Sequence record: SRR16203515_3127
DNA: 34,839 nt
Reading direction: 5' to 3' (one strand)
The notes under the pieces are model-generated. The model was not told where the DNA came from. It did not search any database and saw nothing but the letters and a program-made list of their open reading frames with translations. A program made the position numbers and the translations under genes. Every line of letters begins with the position of its first letter. Position 1 is the first letter of the stretch. This document shows positions 28,519 to 34,839 of the stretch, piece after piece.

Positions 28519-29997
28519 ATGATAAATAAGAAAATTGATGATGTTAAAGTTTCGTTAAAAAATACTGATTTTTTAGATTTATATAACTCAAAAAATCCAA
28601 AACCCTTAATGCTTGATCATAAAATTAATAAAATTCCACGTTATTACCAAATTAATGGAATTCATAAGCTTAATCATTATTTGCAAGAGGGCTATAAAAG
28701 AATTCTTTTTATTATGCCAACAGGTACAGGTAAAACTTTGCAATCAAAATTGGCTGCATTATCAACTGACATTAGAAAAACATTAGGTCTTAGCGAAAAG
28801 AAAAAAGTTCGAATTCTTTTTATTGTACATAAGAAAAGATTACTTAGACAAGCAGCGCAAGAATTTGCTGATTGTGCTGATATTGAACTTATTACTCAGA
28901 GTGCTTTCAAACCAGTTCCAAAAGAAGTTATTGATGAAGGTTGGGATATGACTTTTGTTGATGAAGCTCACCATGAAGCAATGATGTCTATCCAAAAATT
29001 ATTAGATGATCTTTCTGATATTCCTATTATTGGATTTACTGCTAATCCAGATCGTGGCGATTCACTTATGGTTAAATTTGAACGATTTATAATGCCAATC
29101 TCAAAAGCTGATGCGATAGAAGAGGGTTATATTTCAGAGCCAGGAATTAATACAGTCGTAGATACAGGAACATCTGATAAATCTAAGTTAGCAATTGAAT
29201 TAGTTAAAAATTATAGAAAAAGCATGGGTAATACCATTGTATTTTTCAAGACAAATAAAGAATGTGAAGCCTTTTTTTATTGGTGTGAACAAGAGGGCGT
29301 TTCTGCTCAAATATTGCACACAAATTCTACTGAAAAAGATCTTGATGATGCCTTAGATAATTTATCAAAAGGTCATATACAATTTTTAATAAATTGTAAA
29401 AAAGTAGATGAAGGCATTGATGTTCTTAATTGTACCGATGTTATTTTGGCAAGACAATTTAAAACAAAATCTGAAAAAGAGCAATTGATTGGTCGTGCTA
29501 TTCGTCCTGACACTCCTTGTACTGTATGGGAATTTCAAAATCCATATCGTGATAGTGTTGATGCAACACAAGTTATTGGTTCTCATAGATTTAGAAGATT
29601 ACTTAACATATATAAAGGTGAATGGGAAGAAACACTATTTGAAGGCTTTGATGCAGATTGGGGTAAAGCTTCAGAGAAACGTTTTGAATATATAGAACGT
29701 AACTTAGGATATGATCCAAGAAAAGAAACAGAAGAAGAAGCCTTAGCTCGTAAATTAGAATCTGGTAAAAAAGAATTAATTAATGAAGTAGTTCCAAAAG
29801 GTGGCTTTATTGTGTCTCATTTAGATTCTAATGAAACTTCTGGTAGTGTAGCTGATGTTGTTAAACCAAAGCAAAAAATAACAAAGAGAATGTTGTTTAA
29901 TGCATCTGACATTGAAACTCAAAAGGTTTTTAAAGAATTATCAAAAGACGAACTAATCTTATTAGCGAAAAGACTCAGAAATGAGGGTAAAATTTAA
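28519..29997 (+). CDS. superfamily II DEAD/DEAH-box helicase (ResIII + Helicase_C type)
   Basis: PRYYQ, MPTGTGKT, VDEAHH, GFTANPDR, VDEGID, QLIGRAIR. Confidence 0.9.
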   Translation: MINKKIDDVKVSLKNTDFLDLYNSKNPKPLMLDHKINKIPRYYQINGIHKLNHYLQEGYKRILFIMPTGTGKTLQSKLAALSTDIRKTLGLSEKKKVRILFIVHKKRLLRQAAQEFADCADIELITQSAFKPVPKEVIDEGWDMTFVDEAHHEAMMSIQKLLDDLSDIPIIGFTANPDRGDSLMVKFERFIMPISKADAIEEGYISEPGINTVVDTGTSDKSKLAIELVKNYRKSMGNTIVFFKTNKECEAFFYWCEQEGVSAQILHTNSTEKDLDDALDNLSKGHIQFLINCKKVDEGIDVLNCTDVILARQFKTKSEKEQLIGRAIRPDTPCTVWEFQNPYRDSVDATQVIGSHRFRRLLNIYKGEWEETLFEGFDADWGKASEKRFEYIERNLGYDPRKETEEEALARKLESGKKELINEVVPKGGFIVSHLDSNETSGSVADVVKPKQKITKRMLFNASDIETQKVFKELSKDELILLAKRLRNEGKI

Positions 29998-30078
29998 TAT
30001 TTAAAGTATATAAATACTTGTAAAATAATAATGGCTGTGTTAAAATACAGCCATTATTTACTTAAGAGGAAAACTATT

Positions 30079-31320
30079 TTGATTAAATTTGATCCAACAT
30101 TATTTAGATGTGATTATGTTAAGATAAAAAAGATTACATCAGGATATTTATACATTACGGAAAGTAATGATGGAAAAGCGTATAAAACAAATATGTCTGT
30201 AAAAGGAACATATCGTGGTCGTGATATTTCAAAAATTAAAATTCATGAAAGTGTTGCAAGACAATATTTTAAACATCATAGCATGAGAGAGTTTAAAGGC
30301 TTAGGTAAGTTTGCCTGTATTGCTTATTATGGTGATATTGTTGTTGCTGTTGAAGTGCAAAACCAATTAATAAAAAGAGAAGAGGGAAAAGATTGGGTTG
30401 CTACAATTGAAAAAGTAATGAGTAATATTACGCTTATTATTCCACCACAAAAAGATGTTTTCATTAATGGTAAAGATATCTTTTGGGAATCTGAGCATCC
30501 TGCAAATGAAACAAAACAACTTAGAATAAGTGAGGATGAATCTTTTTATTTAAAATATGTTAATTATTTATCATTATCTAAGATTGGTGCAGAAGTAAAC
30601 AATCAAAATAAAGATAAGCTTGAAAATGGAAATGATGATGTTGATGATGATGTTGTTGAAGATATTATCGCAATAAAAACTATTGGTTCTTCTCGAAATA
30701 TATCAAAAGACAGTATTAAATATTTAAAATTTGATGAAAATTATGCTGTTTATGAAGCTAACTCTACAAAAATTGTAGCACTTCTAAATGAATCTCTTGT
30801 ATTAAGTTATTCTCCAAATAGATTTCAAGAAAATCAGATTGAGTGCTATTCACCAATCTTGTCTTTTGATGAAAATTTAAGTGTAGAAAAAAATGAACAA
30901 GAAACGGCAAAAACAATTGAATTTTTACGAAGTATAGAAAGTAAAACAGATCCTATATTTTTAAATTTAAACTTTGCTTTATATTCTGGTAGAGTTATTG
31001 GCGAATTATATGGTTATCAAGAAACCGATATATTAAGAATTTCTGATATTATAAATAAAACAAAAACAATATCATTAGAAAAAATTTATCCTGAATCTCG
31101 AAGTGGTTATCCAATAGAACTTCCTGTTAAAGATGGGTTGGCATGGTTGTTCCGATATATCTATAAAGAAAATGATATTAACTCAATGAGAGAGTTATCT
31201 ATGTTGTTTAGAAAAATATTTAAAAATGGTTTTATTTGGCAGTCAAAAGTTGAATCTATCTTTAGAGAGGGGAAAACAGAAGATGATATTCAGTTATTAA
31301 AATATAATCCTAAATATTAA
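30079..31320 (+). CDS. hypothetical protein (start re-assigned to TTG 30079)
   Basis: GAGGA SD before an in-frame TTG. ATG 30031 lies inside a predicted promoter/inverted repeat. Confidence 0.65.
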   Translation: MIKFDPTLFRCDYVKIKKITSGYLYITESNDGKAYKTNMSVKGTYRGRDISKIKIHESVARQYFKHHSMREFKGLGKFACIAYYGDIVVAVEVQNQLIKREEGKDWVATIEKVMSNITLIIPPQKDVFINGKDIFWESEHPANETKQLRISEDESFYLKYVNYLSLSKIGAEVNNQNKDKLENGNDDVDDDVVEDIIAIKTIGSSRNISKDSIKYLKFDENYAVYEANSTKIVALLNESLVLSYSPNRFQENQIECYSPILSFDENLSVEKNEQETAKTIEFLRSIESKTDPIFLNLNFALYSGRVIGELYGYQETDILRISDIINKTKTISLEKIYPESRSGYPIELPVKDGLAWLFRYIYKENDINSMRELSMLFRKIFKNGFIWQSKVESIFREGKTEDDIQLLKYNPKY

Positions 31321-31418
31321 ACAAAAAAATACATTATTTATAGAAGAAAATACTTGTTTTTTTCTTCTATAATGGTAAAATATTATATATTAACACACAA
31401 CAAAAAAAAGAGGTTTAA

Positions 31419-32522
31419 ATGTTTAAAGTATTTAAAAATGCAAAAGTTGAAGTTACTGTTTCTACTCTAAAAAGTGACGATATTAGACTTGTTATTCAAG
31501 TCGAAAATGAAATGCCACATGTTTTTGAAAAAAGTGCAAAAGAAAATGCATATCTTCAAGAAATGGATCTGGTAACAATACAAGAACGATTTAATGGTGG
31601 TACATTTATATTTAATAATGGTGAATTGATTCAATATAGAGATTCTGCTTTCAGAGGGTTTATTCGTAGTGCTGACGATATGAATAAATTAAGTGAACTT
31701 GTAGGTGCAGAAAAAGTTCAAACAAAAAATGGTGTAAGTGGAATGTTTGATTCTTTCAGAGCAAATTCTATTAATAAAGATTATTTTTTAGGTGGTGTTG
31801 GACAATCTTTTAATTTGGATATTGAAGAATTAAAAGAGGGTGGACAATTTGAAAATAGACTTGTTCATAAATGGTCTCCTTTTGATCAAAATCTTATTAT
31901 TAGCTTAGAAACAGAACGTTTGATTTGTACAAATGGTATGGTAGGTATGTCAAGCTTTGTTACAAAAGGTGTTCCATTTGTTAACCGTTATGAAGAACAT
32001 TTAGAATTAATTAATGTTCAGTTACAACCTGAATATAATAATTTATTAAAAAATAGATTTAAAGATATGTCAGAGCAACATGCTTCATTGTCTTCAATGA
32101 TGAATGCTCATAATATTCTTGAAAAAAGATTGAAGCAAAACAATGTAACTCATATGGGTTCACAATCAGAAGAATCTATTAAAAGTCGAGCTAAATTAAG
32201 AAGTTTTACTAATCATTTAAATGTTAAACAAAATCTTGGTAACGTTTATAAGCCTGATGCATTTTCAAATAAAGAGCAATCTCGCCATGCATTAGGAAAT
32301 CTTACTAAATATGATGTATTCAATATCTTAACAGAAGCTTCTTCTCATACAAAGGGTGCAGACGAAAATACAAGAGCTATTCAAAAAGAAATTAATTTCT
32401 TAGTTTTTGATGAATTAAGTGATAAGAAAAATGTAAAAGGTAGCGTTCCAAAATTATCAAGTGATTCTGATCATAAAAGAGCCTTTTTTGGTAGTAATAA
32501 CAATGATGATAATGAAGAATAA
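31419..32522 (+). CDS. DUF932-like protein
   Basis: ERLICTNGMVG and LTKYDVFNILTEASSH resemble the DUF932 RLVCxNG and (W/Y)DxxNxxTE motifs. Confidence 0.6.
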   Translation: MFKVFKNAKVEVTVSTLKSDDIRLVIQVENEMPHVFEKSAKENAYLQEMDLVTIQERFNGGTFIFNNGELIQYRDSAFRGFIRSADDMNKLSELVGAEKVQTKNGVSGMFDSFRANSINKDYFLGGVGQSFNLDIEELKEGGQFENRLVHKWSPFDQNLIISLETERLICTNGMVGMSSFVTKGVPFVNRYEEHLELINVQLQPEYNNLLKNRFKDMSEQHASLSSMMNAHNILEKRLKQNNVTHMGSQSEESIKSRAKLRSFTNHLNVKQNLGNVYKPDAFSNKEQSRHALGNLTKYDVFNILTEASSHTKGADENTRAIQKEINFLVFDELSDKKNVKGSVPKLSSDSDHKRAFFGSNNNDDNEE

Positions 32523-32541
32523 TCATTTTAAAATTTAAAAT

Positions 32542-32568
32542 AAAAAGCCTTGTTTTTTAGCAAGGCTT
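32542..32568 (+). terminator. putative intrinsic terminator
   Basis: AAGCCTTG-TTTTTTAG-CAAGGCTT. Weak T-tail. Confidence 0.45.
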
Positions 32569-32593
32569 AATTATCAATTTTTTTGAGGTTTAT

Positions 32594-33640
32594 ATGTTAG
32601 AAAAAATAAAAAAAATAAAAGAAGTACAATCAAAACTAAGTAATTGCATACTTTGTTTGATACAGCCAAGTGATGATGAACGATATAATTTTGGATATAT
32701 AACAAAAAATAATTATGTGAATAATTTTGTTCTTGGATATCATACTGATGCTACAGTTGATATTTTAAAAAAGGATTATTTAAAAAATGATTATTCTAAA
32801 GAATTTGCAGGTTTTTATGGCGAGGTCTACAAGATAGCTTCTGTTTCTCAACCTAATTATGGTAAATATTTAAATGAATTAAATTTTGAAAAAGTTATTT
32901 TAAATGTACAGGAAGATTTATATTCTGTTGTTCATAATTTTGAAGAACTTTATGTACAAGATGTGTTAGAAGACGAAGATGAATTTTGTTATAAAGTTAA
33001 AAATTCTGATGGTGAATTGTTTTTTGTAAATGAATTTGGTAGGGATAATAAAAATAATTGGATTGTTTCAAATTATGACAAAAAAACAATTAAAAGTTTG
33101 TTTAAAGAGCAAAATGGTTATTTATACCTAACAAGAGAAGAAGGTCCAATTTTTATTTCAGAAGAATTATATAATGGATTTGAGAAAAAAGAAGATGTTT
33201 TAAACTATTTAAATATTACTAATGATGAATATTCTATTTTTAATGTCTTTAATATTCTTTTTGATGAAAAAGTCATTGATACAATTTTATTAAATAACAA
33301 CACTGAAACTCATAAGAAAGATGAAAGTATTAAAACTAATTTAAACAAAAATATGTTTGATAAATATTCTGATGATTTTGAAGAAGATCATGGTGTTACC
33401 GAAATCTTTGAAGATCAAAACAATGTTGATGATATTGATTGGGAGCATGAAGTTAAAATCAATGAAATTAATGAAATTAATGAAGATAATGATTTTGATT
33501 GGGATGATGAAGTCGAAATTAATGAAGATAATGATATTGATTTGGAACATGAAGTTAAAATTAATGAAATTAATGAAATTAATGAAGATGATGATTTTGG
33601 TTGGGATGATGAAATTGAAATTAAAGATGAGGATAAATAA
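32594..33640 (+). CDS. hypothetical protein with acidic repeat tail
   Basis: GAGG SD. C-terminal ~90 aa are D/E/N/I-rich. Confidence 0.75.
   Translation: MLEKIKKIKEVQSKLSNCILCLIQPSDDERYNFGYITKNNYVNNFVLGYHTDATVDILKKDYLKNDYSKEFAGFYGEVYKIASVSQPNYGKYLNELNFEKVILNVQEDLYSVVHNFEELYVQDVLEDEDEFCYKVKNSDGELFFVNEFGRDNKNNWIVSNYDKKTIKSLFKEQNGYLYLTREEGPIFISEELYNGFEKKEDVLNYLNITNDEYSIFNVFNILFDEKVIDTILLNNNTETHKKDESIKTNLNKNMFDKYSDDFEEDHGVTEIFEDQNNVDDIDWEHEVKINEINEINEDNDFDWDDEVEINEDNDIDLEHEVKINEINEINEDDDFGWDDEIEIKDEDK
33431..33632 (+). repeat. imperfect 102-bp tandem duplication with nested 9-bp AATGAAATT repeats
   Basis: Units start at 33431 and 33533. They encode DIDWEHEVKINEINEINEDNDFDWDDEVEINEDN and DIDLEHEVKINEINEINEDDDFGWDDEIEI. 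Confidence 0.88.
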
Positions 33641-34180
33641 ATGGCTGTTTTAAGTTTTTATATTAATCAAGATAAAAAAAGTGAAGTGTCAGTTAAACTT
33701 GAAAAACATAAAGGTGAGACTGAAAATGATTTAAGTTATAAATGGGGTAAATATGCATTATCTCTGGCAATACAATTAAATTATAATGATATTAAAGTAA
33801 ATCCATTTTCAGAAGATCAAGGTGGACAGATTCATTTTATAAGTTCAAAAATTAGAGAAGAAAATGATTTAAATGAATATGGATATGAAAATAATTTAGA
33901 TGAGTTTGATGAGTTTGATGAATATTATGAAGATGAAGATGATTATAGTTTTGAAGTAGGTCAAGGATATGAACATAAAGATTTTAATAATAATTCATGG
34001 AATGCAGCAGCAAACATAAAGAATGATCCTGATGCTGTTCAAGTTATATTAGACCTTCATGATGCAAGTAAAATTGTAGGTGGATTGTTAACACCAACAG
34101 CTATATCCACAAATGCTGTTTATGAAGGAACAAAACAACATTCAAAAGAACTTTACGAGAGTAAAATTAATAATATTTAA
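33641..34180 (+). CDS. acidic hypothetical protein
   Basis: Abuts the upstream stop (TAA ATG). GAGGA SD. Central D/E/Y-rich tract. Confidence 0.7.
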   Translation: MAVLSFYINQDKKSEVSVKLEKHKGETENDLSYKWGKYALSLAIQLNYNDIKVNPFSEDQGGQIHFISSKIREENDLNEYGYENNLDEFDEFDEYYEDEDDYSFEVGQGYEHKDFNNNSWNAAANIKNDPDAVQVILDLHDASKIVGGLLTPTAISTNAVYEGTKQHSKELYESKINNI

Positions 34181-34193
34181 TTTTAAATAAATG

Positions 34194-34226
34194 AAAAAAG
34201 AAAAGCAGTTGCTTTTCTTTTTTTTT
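34194..34226 (+). terminator. intrinsic terminator
   Basis: AAAAAAGAAAAGCA-GT-TGCTTTTCTTTTTT. Confidence 0.75.
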
Positions 34227-34269
34227 ATATGTGATATTATAATACTGTAAACATTTTAAAGGATTAAAA

Positions 34270-34806
34270 ATGATAAAAAGAATTGAAGAAAAATTAATAT
34301 TGGATAATGGATTTCTAAGAGTTTATAATGATAAAGTAGAATTTGAGAGTGGAGTTAAAGGACACTACTTTAGACAAAGTTTATCTAACAAGTTACCAAA
34401 TTATGGTGTGATTACTATTTGTGAATATGAAGACAAAATAATGCTTTTAGAAAATTTTAGATATGCTCATCAAAAATATCAATTAGAAGTTGTTAAAGGG
34501 ATGGGAATGAAAGGAAAAACTCCTATGGAAACAGCAACTATTGAAATAGAAGAAGAAATAGGTGGTGTTTTAGAAAATATTGATTTTATGGGTGAAATAA
34601 AGGCTGACTTATCAGATACTGAACTATTTTTATTTAGAGCTACAATTAAAGAATTTAAAAATGTAAATCATGAAGATACAGAGTCTATTCAAAATATAAA
34701 AGCATATAGCATGGACGAAATTAGAGATTTAATAAAAATGAATAAGATAGAAGACACAGTAACATTAGCAGCAATCATTCAATATATGGTTTCATATCAA
34801 AAATAA
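34270..34806 (+). CDS. Nudix hydrolase, ADP-ribose pyrophosphatase-like, with degenerate Nudix box
   Basis: LLENFRY...LEVVKG, box G-MGMKG-K-TPMETAT-IEIEEEIG, C-terminal KIEDTVTLAAI. Confidence 0.8.
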   Translation: MIKRIEEKLILDNGFLRVYNDKVEFESGVKGHYFRQSLSNKLPNYGVITICEYEDKIMLLENFRYAHQKYQLEVVKGMGMKGKTPMETATIEIEEEIGGVLENIDFMGEIKADLSDTELFLFRATIKEFKNVNHEDTESIQNIKAYSMDEIRDLIKMNKIEDTVTLAAIIQYMVSYQK

Positions 34807-34809
34807 AAT

Positions 34810-34839
34810 AAAAAACCTTAGTTTAAACTAAGGTTTTTT
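34810..34839. terminator. terminator (30-bp perfect palindrome)
   Basis: AAAAAACCTTAGTTTAAACTAAGGTTTTTT. Confidence 0.8.

Noticed and set aside
1845-29695. Short ORF-track entries nested in or antisense to long genes (e.g. 1845, 6204, 10357, 11499, 11848, 12511, 16400, 16880, 18265, 22608, 24470, 25358, 25807, 25880, 26880, 29386, 29489)
   Set aside because: They overlap well-supported CDS and show no recognisable motifs.
33431-33632. CRISPR array or iteron interpretation of the repeats
   Set aside because: The repeats are in-frame coding duplications without unique spacers, and no cas or rep gene is present.
33357-33653. Met/Lys/Leu-rich 98-aa ORF and the antisense 69-aa ORF at 33341-33550
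   Set aside because: These are shadow frames of the acidic repeat in the 32594-33640 gene.
1-34839. TAG-recoded (code 15) phage suggested by an element-encoded RF2
   Set aside because: Genes are not fragmented by in-frame TAG, coding density is already high under code 11, and no suppressor tRNA or virion genes were seen.

Overview
This is a very AT-rich (roughly a quarter G+C by eye), gene-dense 34.8 kb segment with about 35 CDS, most flanked by their own sigma70-type promoters and A-tract/stem/T-tract terminators. It mixes (i) divergent gammaproteobacterial-type housekeeping homologues without their usual chromosomal neighbours (sohB, rnr, dsbB, recN, prfB, sbcB, cmoA-like, rnb-like, Nudix); (ii) a type IVb-like pilus cluster (pilin, lipoprotein secretin, assembly ATPase, platform protein, minor pilins/adhesin); and (iii) ORFans, an SF2 helicase and a DUF932-like gene. 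This best fits a megaplasmid or other giant extrachromosomal element (inference). No rep, integrase, virion, rRNA, tRNA or CRISPR signal was seen. The three highlights are: a full-length RF2 gene interrupted by an in-frame UGA at codon 30 instead of the canonical +1 frameshift; pilins with no class III leader or Glu5 and no prepilin peptidase in the cluster; and a DUF1232 protein fused to an apparently catalytically dead copy of the adjacent ADP-ribosylglycohydrolase. All calls are by-eye motif recognition; no searches were run.
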